This document shows, piece after piece, positions 33,151 through 45,383 of a stretch of 64,000 nucleotides of DNA (position 1 is the first letter of the stretch; each line of letters starts with the position of its first letter). The notes under the pieces were generated by a model. It saw only the letters and a list, made by a program, of their open reading frames with translations. It made no database searches and was not told the DNA's origin. Position numbers and translations under genes: made by a program. The DNA is from an uncultured Acidobacteriota bacterium (GTDB lineage: Bacteria > Acidobacteriota > UBA6911): positions 1 to 64,000 of the forward strand of contig CAWHCF010000035.1 of NCBI GenBank assembly GCA_963827655.1, given 5' to 3'.

Positions 33151-35675
33151 TCAGGGGGATCTACCGTCGCTCGGAACCTGCGTGGGCTTTTCTTCTTCTT
33201 TGTTCTTGCCTGCCATGAATCCGAAAATACGGCGCAGCAGACTCTTTCGGTTTCCTTCGCCGGAGGATATTTCCGTCAGCCCCTGGCCGCCATGCAGCGA
33301 GCAGGGTTCTGTGGGCTCGGTTCCGCTCACGAAGACCTCATCGTACTGATCGGGACATGAGCCAGTGGAAAGCTGCTGAGTCTGCGGATCGATCGCAACA
33401 CTGGCAATCCCTTCCGGAGCCGCAAAGGGCTTCGCGTCGCGAAATCCCGGAACCAGGACGGCACGCTTCATGAATTCCGTCCAGATAGGCGCCGCGGATG
33501 CAGCTCCGGAGAGTCCGAGTTGCCGGTTATCGTCGAAACCGATCCAGGTAACGCAGAGCAGGTTCGAGGTGTAGCCGGCGAACCATCCGTCATGGGATGT
33601 TCCCGTCTTCCCAGCCGCGGGGGCCCTGAAGCCGCGGGAGCGCACTCCTGCGCCAGTGCCTCGGTTGATCACATCCTCGAGGAGATTTGTCACCAGGTAC
33701 GCCACCCTTTTGTCGAGAACGGCCCGCGCACTGGGGCGCGGATTCCTCGAGGAGAAGACCCGGTGGGACCCACGAGCTTGTAGATAGACATGGGTTCGGT
33801 TCGAGTTCCCCCCGTGGCAAAAACCGTGTAACCGGCGGCGACTTCGAGCGGAGTCATTTCATAAGCGCCCAGCGCCATGGCCGGTGTCGGCTGAATACTA
33901 GGGTCCAGTCCCAGCCCTCGCGCCATCTGCACCACGCGCCGGAAGCCGACCATCTCAGCGACTTTCACGGTCGCGACATTCAATGAGCGAGTCAACGCAT
34001 CGCGGATCGTGACGTTACCGTAGAAGTCCTGGCCGTAGTTGTCCGGGGTGTACTCCTCGCCGTTGAAAAAGAAAGTCGTCGGCTCATCCACCACGGTCGT
34101 TGCCGGCGTAATCAGAGGCTGGCTGCCATCGGCGCCGCTGGCCAGAGCTGCGGCGTAGACGAAGGGTTTGAATACCGAGCCGGGCTGGCGTCGCGCCAGA
34201 ACGTGGTTGAGCTGGCTCTTGCCGTAATCGCGGCCGCCGACCAGGGCTTTGATTGCGCCCGTTCGCGGATCCAGCGCGACGAAGGCCACCTGAGGAAGCG
34301 GGACGTCCTCACCTTTTTTCCGCAAGCGCGCATTGCGTTTCGCGAGCTGGGCGTCCACGTTTTTCATGCCGGCTTCGACGGCGTCGACGGCCGCTCGTTG
34401 CAGAGCTGCGTCCAGCGTGACGTAGATGCGGTGACTCTCGGAATTGAGTTGCTCTTCCGAGAATCGGTCAAGCAGCTCATCTTTGACCATATCTACGAAG
34501 TAGCCGGAGAGGTTGGTTCCCAATCTCGCGTTTACCAGGCGCATGGGATTCTTCTTTGCCGCTTCCGCCACTTCGGGCTTTATCGCCTGGCTTTCGACCA
34601 TTATCGCCAGGACTCGGTCTCGCGCCTCGATCGCCCGCTCCGGTCTTCGTTCCACTGAAGAGTAGCGGTTCGGCGCGCGAATGATCCCTGCCAGAAAAGC
34701 CGCTTCGCCCAGATTCAGTTCACGGATGTCCTTTCCCAAATAGGCTTGCGAGCCTTCGCCGAATCCGTGGATGGCGAAACTCCCGCGATTGCCCAGATAG
34801 ATCTGATTGGCGTAGAGTTCGAAGATCTCCTGTTTGGTGAATCGATGCTCGAGCAGCAAGGCCATGTAGGTCTCGGCCAGTTTGCGGCCCCACTCCCGGC
34901 GTGTGGTAAAGAAGAAACTGCGCGCCACCTGCATGGTTATGGTGCTGGCCCCCTGCGCTTTTGAGCCGCGCCGAACGTCGGCCCAGGCCGCTCCGAAGAT
35001 GCGGATAGGATCGAACCCTGGGTGATCGAAAAACCTCTTGTCTTCGGCTGCGAGGACCGACTTGACCAGGACGTCCGGTAAATCAGAAAAGCGCACCAGC
35101 CGGCGCTTTTCGCGCGAGCGGTCGAAAAGGTTGGTCAGGAGTTCGGGCTCGATCTCAGCCACGGAGAGCACGGATTTTGTCTCCAGTGAGCGGATGCGCG
35201 AGATCCTGGGACCGCTGAACTCGACCCGCAAGGAGTTGCGTCCTCCGAAGTAGGAGTGGGGCGAGGGATAAATCTCGATTGCCCCGCCGGATGGACGGAA
35301 AATCCCGGGCGCATCGGGAGCCGCGGATTCCCCATAACCGGCGGCCTGGAGGAAACTCCGGAGCTGGGCGGGCGACATTACCTCTCCGACTGCGATCCGT
35401 CGCGGCGCCGTGAAGATACGCGAGGTAGTCTGATAGAGATAGCCTCCCTCGATCTCGTCGATCATCCGTGAAAAGCGGACGTAATAGTAGGTAAGCACGC
35501 CGAGAGGGATGACGACAGCCAGACAGGCTCCCACCACCAGGATCCGCCCGCGGCGCGAGGACCAGAGTTTCGCGAGCTCAGCCCACGTTGAAATTGCAAG
35601 TCCCCGCACGAAGCGGATCGCCAACGAAATCTTTGAAGGGGAATTGTCTGGATCGATGTCTGGAGGTTTATTCAC
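33151..35675 (-). CDS. Class A penicillin-binding protein (PBP1b-like), frameshifts near 33700-33760
   Basis: EDKRFFDH, GASTITMQ, RKLAE; RQPGSVFKP, SLN, AGKTGT. Confidence 0.93.
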
Positions 35676-35875
35676 GCGCCTTGGCCAAATCCTTCTACGG
35701 CGTGGTGTCCGGGCATATCAATCAGGCGACGTGTCTTCACTCGAAAATTCTAGCATCCGCGGGAAGCGCTGTCGATCAGTGGTTTCGGGGCTTGCGAGGC
35801 AGACCTTTGAGTCCAGAAGCTACCACTTTGGTTGGGCGATGAAACTGTTGACTAAGCTATGCCGACAGTCTGTCG

Positions 35876-36326
35876 CTAGGGTTTGAGATCGATCGCCGCT
35901 TTGAAGCTGCCGTCCATGTAGAAAGGCACGGATTCATGCGAATGGGTTATCATCCACCTGTCATCGATCCTGCGAAGGCAGATTGTCGCCCGCAGCCACA
36001 TGTCGAATTGCTCTCCGCTTGTGTTCCTTCCACTGAGGCGGTTGAGGCTGTGGCAGAAGGCCACGTTATCGCCGGCGGTGATGCTCAGGTCGTGGATCTC
36101 GTAGCCAAGGGAGCCCTGGAACGTGGAGAACCACTCATCGAGGGCCTTCTTATTGCGCGCATTCGCTCCAGCGTATTTAAGCGGCGGCGCCAGAGCGAAA
36201 TGGACGAGATCGGCCGCATAGTGGGAGAGGAAGCCGTCTGGTATCCTTGCTTCGGAGGGCTTACCCAATCATCGAGCAACCTACGAATCTGAGCTTCATG
36301 ATTTGCCTTGGTGTTTGAGTCGTCAT
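35876..36326 (-). CDS. SnoaL/NTF2-like (YybH-type) protein, frameshifted at the 5' end
   Basis: EAQIRRLLDDW, GDNVAFCHSL, WLRATIC, WMITHSHESVPFYMDGS. Confidence 0.8.
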
Positions 36327-36910
36327 GTTCTACGCTGAAAATCTCCGCGTTCAATGGATGATCGTTCGAGGGCACGATTCTACGGGCTCGACTCTTCGTC
36401 ATATGACGGACCGGAAAGGCGTGAAATCACAGTCCTAAGGTCGATGGGACTCGATGCACCCCATGTATGCGAGAGTGAGAACCGCGACCAGAGTGACCCC
36501 GTTGCTTGCCGACGAGCGAGCGCCATAGCGCAAATCCTGAATCAAGGTTTCCATTCCGGGCCTCCCATCACTAACGGAGCCGGTCCAGGCATATAAATCC
36601 GTGGCTTATTAGACGCTGGAGTGTAGCGATAAGTTTGGCAAATAGAAAGCGCTAACCACGAAGACGCGAGGGCACGACTAAACGCCAAGTATATTAACGG
36701 TCCGAAAATCCTACAGCGGCGGAGTCTTTTAGCGTAGAATCGCGAACTGCGGGATTGTCTGGGATGCGCAGAACGCCCAGCGTGGTTGAACATGATCCCC
36801 GAGCACGGAATGCTCACGTCCGATTCCCGGTGCTGCTTGCTTCACCCCCTTCCGCGCATCGACGCTTCCGCATCAATAAAGGTAAGCAGACACCGGAAAA
36901 GGAAGAGCAC

Positions 36911-39900
36911 GTGCGCCCGATCAAGGCTCGCCGGGTGATTCCCGTCGCGGTTTCACTCTTCGTCGTCAGTGCCACTCTCTACGCCGCGTCGTTCCGCGGC
37001 CCCGAGCTTTCGCCCCAGCAGCAAAAGACGTTGCGCGACAACTTCGCGCTCTGTGTGAGCAAGCTCAAAGGACCGTATACCGAGAACGTCTGCGTGTGCC
37101 CTGACGGGCGTAAGATTCCCGTCCGGGGCGCGAGCGGGCAGGTCGGAATCGGCTGCAAGAACGCCGTCTTCTGCGCCGCGTACCGCGCGCCGTGGGCCGA
37201 AGCGCTGGCGAAGCAAGGCGTGTACATCGGCAACATCTTCTCGCGCGATCTCTACCTCTGGGATACATTTCCCGACCACAACAACCTGGTGCGCGGATAC
37301 ATCCTGGAGAACTACTTCGTCGAGACCAACCCGCGCCACAAGCTCAGCCAGCTGCGGGCCTTCGGCGGCCTCTCCGGCGCCGAATACGAAGTCGCCGCGT
37401 CCCCGCGCTTCTTCGAGCGCTATCTGGCCGCTCCCGAGTTCAGCGAGACACGCCATTTCCTTCTCGCCTACGAGCTGCAGAAGCGCTTCTTCGTTCGCGA
37501 AGATGTGGGTCAGATCCAGAAGGTCCGCGTCCTGGCCGTGCGCATTCACGCGGCCGATCCCAAGTTCAAGCCGCTGCGCGATGCGGTCCACAACCAGATC
37601 TCCGCCGGCCTTCTCCCCAAGCTCGAGGCCTACCGGAACGGCTTGCCGCAGGGTGCGGCGCGCACGCAGACGGACGAGTTGATCGCCGAGATCCTCAAGC
37701 TGACCGCGGTCGACGGGCGCGCGCTGCAGAGTCAGGTGGCCGAAATCCAGGACGCCGCGGTGCGCGCCGAACTCAGCGCGCTGCTGCCACAGACCGCCGA
37801 CCCGGTTGATGCCATGGTCTCCTTGGGCCGGTTCATGGCGCTGGCGCGCCAGCGCGTTGCTGCACGCAAATTGTCCGGCGCAGACTCGCGTCGCCTCATC
37901 GACCTCGTCATCACGGCCGCGACGGATGTGCAGCGACGCGGGAGCGCGCTGGTGGAAAGCCGCACGCCGCTCAGCGCAAAGCGGAACCTGCAGCTGCTCG
38001 GCGCGCTGACCGACGCCACGTACGGCGTCGGCTTGCTTGGCAGGCGCGAGTGCGATGCCGCCGGCACGGCCCTGCGCGAGCTTGCTTGCCGCGCCCAGCC
38101 AGTCACGCACGGCCTTTACCGACAAACTGAAGGAGGCACGAGCGCGTCATGGAGTGGGCGCAGGCCAACGCCATGCTCCCCTTTGCCGAGGTGCTGCCGG
38201 CCTGGGAGCTGGTGCTGCCGCAGACGGCCGGCATCCGCGACGACATCCTGCGCGGCTCGCCGCTTCTGCTCTACGCCCAGGTATCGCGCAACCTGGACGA
38301 CTTCGCGCAGGGCAGGCAGCGCATCCGCCACAACCTGTTCGGCGCCGAGGTCGATACCGGCCTGCGCGCCCTCAACCCGGGTCTGGCAATGGGACGGCTG
38401 CGCGTGGCGCCCAAGGCGGGCGGCTTCACGCGCGAAGAGATCGTCGTCTTGTCGGAAACGCCCGCCGACCTCGACCCTGCCGCCGGCATTCTCACTCAGG
38501 GTGAGGGCAACATGCTGTCGCACGTGCAGCTCCTGGCGCGCGCGCTCGGCATCCCGAACGTCGTACTCGGGCCGGACGCCTACGCCAAGATCAAGCCGCA
38601 CGACGGACAGCAGGTCTTCTTTATCGCGACGCCGGGTGGACGAGTGATTCTCAAGGAAGCCGCGGCGATGACGGCTACGGACCGCGCCGTGTACGAGGAG
38701 TACACGCGTAACGAGGCGCGCGCCGCGGACGGCAGCCTGACGGGCGGCAGACCGCGGCTGCATATCGACCGCGCCAAGGTCGACCTGAGCAAGACGATGC
38801 CGATCGATCTGAGACAGGTGCGCCGCAAGGACTCGGGCCGCTTCTGCGGCCCCAAGGCGGCCTATCTCGGCGAACTGAAGCACGTCTTTCCCGATCGCGT
38901 CTCGCGCGGCCTGGTGATCCCGTTCGGCGCCTACTACACGCACTACCAGAGCACTAAGGTCGCCGTGCCCGACAAGCTCCGCGCCCTGAACCTGGCGACG
39001 CCAGGCGAGCCGCTGCCGGCCTTCGTCGAGCGAACCTACAAGCAGTTCTTCGGCGGGATGGTAGCGGCCAAGACCGGCGAGCAGGAGCTGTCCGCCTGGA
39101 TCATGCCGCGCCTCGACATCATCCGCCACTCCATCCGCCAGGCGCCGCTTTCGGCCGAGCTGAAGACGGCGATTCACAAAGGACTCGAAGCGAACGGGCT
39201 GATGACCGGCGCGGACCAGACGCTCCGGCTGCTTCGTGCGCAGCGACACCAACGTCGAGGATCTCGACAACTTCAACGGCGCCGGACTCAACCTGACTCT
39301 ATTCAACATGAAGTCGCTCAACGACATCTACGAGGGCCTGAAGGAGGTCTGGGCCTCGCCGTTCCAGTTCCGCTCCTTCTCCTGGCGCCAGACGCTGATC
39401 GACGACCCGCTGTGGGTGCTGGCCTCGGTCGTCATCCTCGAGTCGGTTCCGAACGACAAGTCGGGCGTCCTGGTGACGGCGGATCCCAACTCGGGAAGTC
39501 CGGACCGGATGCTGGTGGCGACGTCGGAAGGTATCGGCGGCGCCGTGGACGGGACCTCCGCCGAGACGCTGGTGTGGTCGCCCAAGCGCGTCGAACTGAT
39601 CACTCTGTTCAAATCGCCCTGGCGGAACCAGCTCCTGCCCGGCGGCGGCAGCGCGATCGTCCCGGCGTCCGGGACTGACACGGTGCTGGCTCCCGCCGAT
39701 CTGCAGGCGATCATCGACGCCGGCCAGAAGATCAGCAAGAATTTCCAGCCTGTGAAGGATCCCGCCGGAAAGCCGCGGCCCTGGGACATCGAGTTCGGAT
39801 TTGCCGCCGGCAAGCTGTGGCTGTTTCAGTGCCGACCGTTTCTCGGCAACGACCAGCTCAAGAACGTCCCCGCCCTCGCGCCACTGGAATGGAAGACCAG

Positions 39901-39946
39901 CGCGAAAGGCAGTGACATGCTCTCGCTCGAGGAGAGGATCGGATGA
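36911..39946 (+). CDS. Exported PEP-synthase/dikinase-like protein of about 1000 aa, with the His-swivel domain before the ATP-grasp domain; frameshifts near 38090, 38140 and 39225
   Basis: GTG after AAGGAAG; signal-like N-terminus; GILTQGEGNMLSHVQLLARALGIPNV; GPKAAYLGEL; VRSDTNVEDL..FNGAGL; SGVLVTADP; WDIEFG...LFQCRP. Confidence 0.8.
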
Positions 39947-39980
39947 ACTCGATATCTTTCTTGTCATGGAGGGTGACAGA

Positions 39981-41683
39981 ATGGACAGGCCGGCAGGCGC
40001 TCTGCGGCACGTCCTTTGCTCGCGTTGCTCATCTGCCTGCTGGCGTGGACCACGCCCGCGCCATCCATCGCCATCGCGGCGCCGCAAGCGGCCGAGAAAG
40101 CCTGGGACGGGAGCGCGCCGCCGCAGGGCATCTACTTTCACTGGTACGAGCCGTCTTTCTACACGGGCTTTGCGCCGGGTTCGCAGGATCCGAGCCGCGT
40201 CCACATAGAGCTGTCGCGCGGCAACCAGGTCCGCTTCACGCTCGTGCTGGGCGACGCCGAGCTGGACCACTACCTCGACGATCTCGCGGCGCGCCGCACG
40301 ATCTACCAGGAGCTGATCGACGCCAAGGTAATCGAGCTCACGACCAACAAGGAGTACGAGCGCTTCATCGAGGCGCTCGACCGCGCCCGCGTAGCCGACG
40401 CGCGAGCGAACCGGACCGGTTCGGGCCCGGAGGGCTACCGGCAAAAGAGCGTCGAGATCATGAGCCTGCTCAATCCAGGCCGCATCTTCCGCATACGAAT
40501 CAGGCTCGATCGCGTGCTCGCCGCCTGGCATGCGCAGCTCGCTGCAGCCGACCTGGCCTCGGACGCCGGCCGGCTCGACGCTGCTAATGCCATCCTGCCC
40601 GGGCGCGTGGACCTCTACGAGTTGAAGCCGGAGCTTGTCTCGGCGCTCGGCAAGGCCGCGGAGACAGCGCGGGCCGGCAAGGCGGACGACCCGGCGTTCC
40701 GCGACCAGGCCCTGGCCTTCCTCGACAAGGCCACGCAGGGACGCTACCGCGTGCGCGACGGCTTCGTCGACGCGATAGAGTTCACCGCCATCTACCCGGC
40801 CGGCACGATCGCGGCCACGACCAGTTACAAGGGCGAGACTCTGCCCCAGTTCGGGGTCACCGGGGTCTGGCCACTCATCGCGCGCACGCAGGGGCGCGGG
40901 CTCGTCGGCATGGTCGACTACATCTCGTCCAATCCCGGCTACGGCTTCATAACAATGTTGCCCTACCAGCACGCCGGCGGCATCGAGTACAACGCCTTCC
41001 ACAACGCCGGCGTGCGGTGTGCCCTCGATTCGACGCCGTTCCTCCCGTCGGAGTGGCGGAAAGCGGTGAGCTCGCGCGACGGCAAGAAGCCATATCAGAA
41101 CCTCTGGATCGCCAGCCGCGGGCCTGCCTCGCACGGCTGCACGCGGCTCGGCTCCGGCCATATGACCGAGCTGCGCAACAGCTTGCCGTCCAGCTCGAAG
41201 GCGCTGGAGCAAGTGGATACGTTCCGCAACCTGGTGCAGTGTTACGACGTGTTCGACGTCGACGGCAGCGGCTCGCCCCGGGTGATGGGGGTACAGTACT
41301 ATCTGGCCTTCAAGGACAGCGGCCACACACCGGTCGCTGCCCATGTGACCAACAAGCGCGAACCCTTCTACAAATGGCTCTACGGCAACAACGTCGAGCT
41401 CGCGCCGGTCGGCCAGGCCAAGCTGAAAGAAGTGCCCACCTGCTGCTTCGTCGGCAAGAAGAAGGCCCGGGAGGCGCAGGTCTATAAGAACCTGCCCCTC
41501 TACGAAGCCGAATGGGCCGCGGAGTCTATTCAGTTCTACAGGCTCAAGCCGGCTCCCTTCGACAGCGCCAAGGGGTACGAGTTCAACCGTGAGCTGCGCA
41601 AGGTGGGAGTGGGGCACACCACCGATCGAAGCAAATTGTTCCTGAAGGGGACAGGCTACTCAACTCCCGATTTCGTGAAATAG
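39981..41683 (+). CDS. Exported uncharacterised protein with an L,D-transpeptidase-like SHGCTRL motif (frameshift near 40015)
   Basis: GGAGG RBS, hydrophobic leader, 555-aa ORF, FHN...RGPASHGCTRL at 41129-41149. Confidence 0.7.
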
Positions 41684-41711
41684 ACACGGCCCGTGCGAAA
41701 CATTAATAGAG

Positions 41712-42383
41712 ATGCCACGGTGTGCTCGTGTTGTCATTCCTGGTTGCCCGCACCACGTCACCCAGCGCGGCAACCGCCGCCAGAATGTCTTCTTTTCCGA
41801 TTTGGATCGGACTGTGTATATCTCACTGCTGCGCAAGTACTTTGTCCTTTCTCATCTTCATTTGGCAGGCTACACTTTGATGACCAACCACGTCCACCAC
41901 ATTGCCATACCCGAATTTGCCACCTCCTTGGCCAAAGGATTCCGTCTCCTTCATCAGGATTTCTCCCGATGGCAAAACATCCAGCAAAACGTCACAGGTC
42001 ATTTATGGCAGAACCGCTACTTCTCCTGCCCCCTCGATGAAGACCACTTTTGGAAGGCGCTACGGTACGTCGAACTCAATCCAGTTCGTGCCGGGCTGGT
42101 AAGAGATGCATGGGAATGGCCGTGGTCAAGCGCTAGAGCACACATCACCGGAGTTGACGATTCGGGTCTGCTCGATATGGAATTGTGGAGGTCGCGCTTC
42201 GACGGAAACAGTTGGAAGGAGTTTCTGAAAGAAGATCTCGTCGCATCCGAAACAGACCTCATCCGGATCGCGACGAGCACTGGCCGTCCGTTGGGGACCG
42301 ACGACTTCGTTCGCCAACTCGAAAAACTCACAGGCAGGTCGCTGCGCCCACAAAAGCCGGGTCCGAAATCCGGGGCTCTCTAG
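41712..42383 (+). CDS. REP-associated tyrosine transposase (RAYT, Y1 HUH)
   Basis: PHHVTQRGNRRQ, LMTNHVH, HLWQNRY, RYVELNPVRAG, WPWSS. Confidence 0.92.
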   Translation: MPRCARVVIPGCPHHVTQRGNRRQNVFFSDLDRTVYISLLRKYFVLSHLHLAGYTLMTNHVHHIAIPEFATSLAKGFRLLHQDFSRWQNIQQNVTGHLWQNRYFSCPLDEDHFWKALRYVELNPVRAGLVRDAWEWPWSSARAHITGVDDSGLLDMELWRSRFDGNSWKEFLKEDLVASETDLIRIATSTGRPLGTDDFVRQLEKLTGRSLRPQKPGPKSGAL

Positions 42384-42719
42384 GTTTCCAGCTCGGCCAA
42401 ACTGAGATTTATCCCTAAGATTTGACATTGTGAGCACCCGTTGCGCAGGGGCAAGCTGTCAGCCCTCAGCGCTCAGCTTCAGCAGTCAGACCGGTAGCGG
42501 TGCGTTCGCTGCCCACGAGCAGCCTTCGGCGCATCGGATGGACGACACCCAAGCACCTCGCATCACGCGGCGAGGACACGGATGAGCTTCTGGATAGCGT
42601 CATCAGCCCTGTGATAGGCTACTTCGATCTTGGCGGGCGACTGGGCGGTTTTTTTGCGGCCGATGATGAAATAGCGAGTTTGCCAACGGGCCGCAAACAC
42701 GGGTGGGAAATAGTACGAA

Positions 42720-42800
42720 CATAGCACCATCGAGGTGAAGCGCATGCTGACCGCGCTCATCCAAAAGCTGAACGCTGACCGCTGGAGCGCTGAAAGCTCC
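42720..42800 (+). pseudogene. Four-helix-bundle (23S IVP-like) protein, C-terminal remnant
   Basis: TIEVKRMLTALIQKLNADR runs into GCTGA-type repeats whose complements lie at 42455-42490. Confidence 0.55.
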
Positions 42801-42866
42801 CGTGCCCAAGATTTCAAGTATCCTTGGCTATCGTTAGATCGGGAGTTGAGTAGCCTGTCCCCAGTT

Positions 42867-44505
42867 TCACTTTCCACCTGCCAGTTCACCCAAGAGTTTT
42901 CGCAGCAGCGGGGAGTCCGGACTGAATTCAAGGGCTTTCAGCAGCACTGCCCGCGCCTGTGTCGTATCGCCACGGTTCAAGTGCGCAATAGCGATATTGA
43001 TCCTCGCCTCTTCCAGGGCCGGGTTGCGCGAGAGCGCGTCCTGCCAAAGGTGAATCGCCTCGGCCATCCGGCCTCGCGCCCCATAGTGGTTTGCCAGATT
43101 CACGGCCGCCACCACCAGCGCCGGATTGAGCCGGAGCGCGCGCTCGTAAAGAGCTATGGCTTTATCGCGCTCGCCCGCGCGATCGTACAGGTGACCCAGA
43201 CGGTAGAAAACCTCGCTATCCGCCGATCCTTTCCTTGTAGCCTGCTCGAGCCGTTCAATAGCCTGGGCGCCTGAGGACTTACTTTCAGTACTGAGCGCCA
43301 ATTCCGCATGGGCAAGACCCACTTCCCTTTCTGTCGCGGCAGCTCCACGGAATGGAACGAGTAGAGTCGCGCTTTCAGATCTGGCTTGCGTGATTCGGGG
43401 CCTGGCAATGGTATGGTCCGTCAATACGCCGTGACCGCCGTCCACGACCCGGTTCCTGGGCATGTGGCAGGAAGCGCAGTCGTCTCCGTTCGCTCGCCGC
43501 AGCTCGACCTTCGTTTTGCAATTATTCGTCTGATGACATGTGAGGCACTTTTCCCGGAAGTAATGAACGCGCTCTGCTTCGCCGGGAAGAGAGTGAGGAT
43601 CATGGCAACTTCCACACCAGAGCCGGTCCCCGCTGGCTTTCTTGCATCGGCTCTGCCAGAGTTTTTCCACGTGGCTGGTCGCCTTGAGAGCCTGCGTCTG
43701 GACGTCAGCCGGAACGAAGGAGATAACAAAGTCGGCAAGAAGATCGCCGGGTCGAAAGCGCAGCGAGCGAGCGTCCCGCCCGGGCGATGCGAGCCTCGCC
43801 TGTGAGATGGCACTGTTCGCATATGCTGTCGCGGCGCAGCGGGTCGAGTTTTACCGGGTTTACGATTTCAGTCACGCCCGAGGCCCGCGCGAGACTCATC
43901 TTTTCGATGTGCTTTCGGCCGGGTCCATGACAGCGCTCGCAGCCAATCCCGCCTTGCAGAAAGGGGGGATCGGAAAAGCGGTTTTGTGTGCTATCGATCG
44001 CTTGAAGGTCACTGGCATGGCACTCCAGGCAGTTGGTCTCGATGGGGCGCGTGAGGTTGACGTGATCGTATCGATCGAATCCCGGCGACATGTCCCATTT
44101 CTTGAGCCGGGAATAGTAGGTGACCGGTAGCTGATAGAGAAAGCCGTCCAGCGCGAACAGATAACTGCGGCCGGCAGCGCCCGATCCAACGAAATAGTCG
44201 AGCCGCCGGCGGTCCCGAAGCTGACGCCCGGATGATTTTGAATTCGGCCGCTCGAATTCCAGAAAGTAGTCGTCAGCAGTCTTGCTGACTCGATATTGGA
44301 CGTCCGAACGCGGGTGAACGAATTTGCTCGATTCGAGATCCGCAGGAAGGGTTCCGCTTTGTACCGTCCCGCTCGAGAGCGCCATCGGAGTGGCGGAGTA
44401 ACTTCGAAAGATCCTGGAGTGGCAAGGGGCGCACGCGGAGTTCCCGACGTATCCCTCCGCGCGGGGCGAGACGAGGGCAAGCAGGAGGAGGGTCTTTTCG
44501 AACAT
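42867..44505 (-). CDS. Multiheme cytochrome c plus TPR protein (frameshifted near 43740-43770)
   Basis: Seven CxxCH motifs (CAPCH, CLECH, CERCH, CEQCH, CGSCH, CLTCH, CASCH) and C-terminal TPRs. Confidence 0.88.
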
Positions 44506-44549
44506 CGACTATGTACCGCCAGGACACGAAGGCGCAAAGATGCACCAGG

Positions 44550-45383
44550 CTAGCGCCGGAGGGTTGCGGCAGAAGCTTGAAACTTCTCAAGGTGCGCAGC
44601 CGCACGCTCGCGATTTCCCGTCCGGGCATAGGCCCGCGCCAACAGGAAGTGAATCTGCCGATCGGTCGTCCCCACGCTTATCAACTGAAGCGCTTTCTCA
44701 CCCTCCTGGACTGCCTGATCAAATTTCCCGGCTTGAAAGAGAAGCCGGCCGCGTTCGTAATGAGCATCGCGCGAGTCGGGCTCGAGAACAAGCGCCTGAT
44801 CCACCAGACCCATGGACTTGCTGTATTGGCCGAGCGTGAAAAGCAGGCGGGCGTATGCGATCAGGACATCAGTGTCCGCCTTTCCGGAAGACCCGGCCAG
44901 CGAGAGAGCCCGCTCGTACATCTGGATCGCAAGGTCGGCGTTCGCCAGGCCTTCATGAGTCAGCGCCAGGTAGAAATGCGTGCGGCTGCTGGAGGCATCG
45001 AGAGTGCGAGCGCGTTCGAGCGGCTCCAGGGCGCGCTTGAAATCATTTTCCAGATAGTAATAGAACCCGAGCATGAACTGATTGTAGGCGGAGCCTGGTT
45101 CAAGCTCGACGGCCCGCTTCAAGTCCCGGCCCGCCGGCTCCAGCCGGTCCATCGCCATCGCAAGCTTGGCGCGCAGCGTGAGGGCGGGCACAAACTCAGG
45201 ATTCTCTGCGAGCGCCTGGTTCAGCGCCGCCAGCGATTCCGCGAATTTCTTTTCCACAAAGAGCGCATTGGCGCGGGCATAGGCTTGCTGCGCCTTTTCC
45301 GAAGGGGGTGCCATCGCTTTCGCATCAGCCGGGAGGATGAGCAGCCCCATAACCAGAATGATGAGTCGGGCGCCGGGCTTCAT
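44550..45383 (-). CDS. Exported TPR protein
   Basis: Signal peptide and tandem TPR helices. Confidence 0.88.
   Translation of the reverse strand: MKPGARLIILVMGLLILPADAKAMAPPSEKAQQAYARANALFVEKKFAESLAALNQALAENPEFVPALTLRAKLAMAMDRLEPAGRDLKRAVELEPGSAYNQFMLGFYYYLENDFKRALEPLERARTLDASSSRTHFYLALTHEGLANADLAIQMYERALSLAGSSGKADTDVLIAYARLLFTLGQYSKSMGLVDQALVLEPDSRDAHYERGRLLFQAGKFDQAVQEGEKALQLISVGTTDRQIHFLLARAYARTGNRERAAAHLEKFQASAATLRR

Larger units (their letters stand above)
41647..42862. mobile_element. RAYT-containing element bounded by a perfect 25-bp inverted repeat
   Basis: GGGGACAGGCTACTCAACTCCCGAT at 41647-41671 and its exact reverse complement at 42838-42862. Confidence 0.8.

Noticed and set aside
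36911-39946. Calling the gene ppsA or rph
   Set aside because: It lacks the pyruvate-binding barrel, has a different domain order and carries a signal-like leader.
39299-41617. 772-aa minus-strand ORF
   Set aside because: Antisense shadow of the GC-rich plus-strand genes, with no recognisable motifs.
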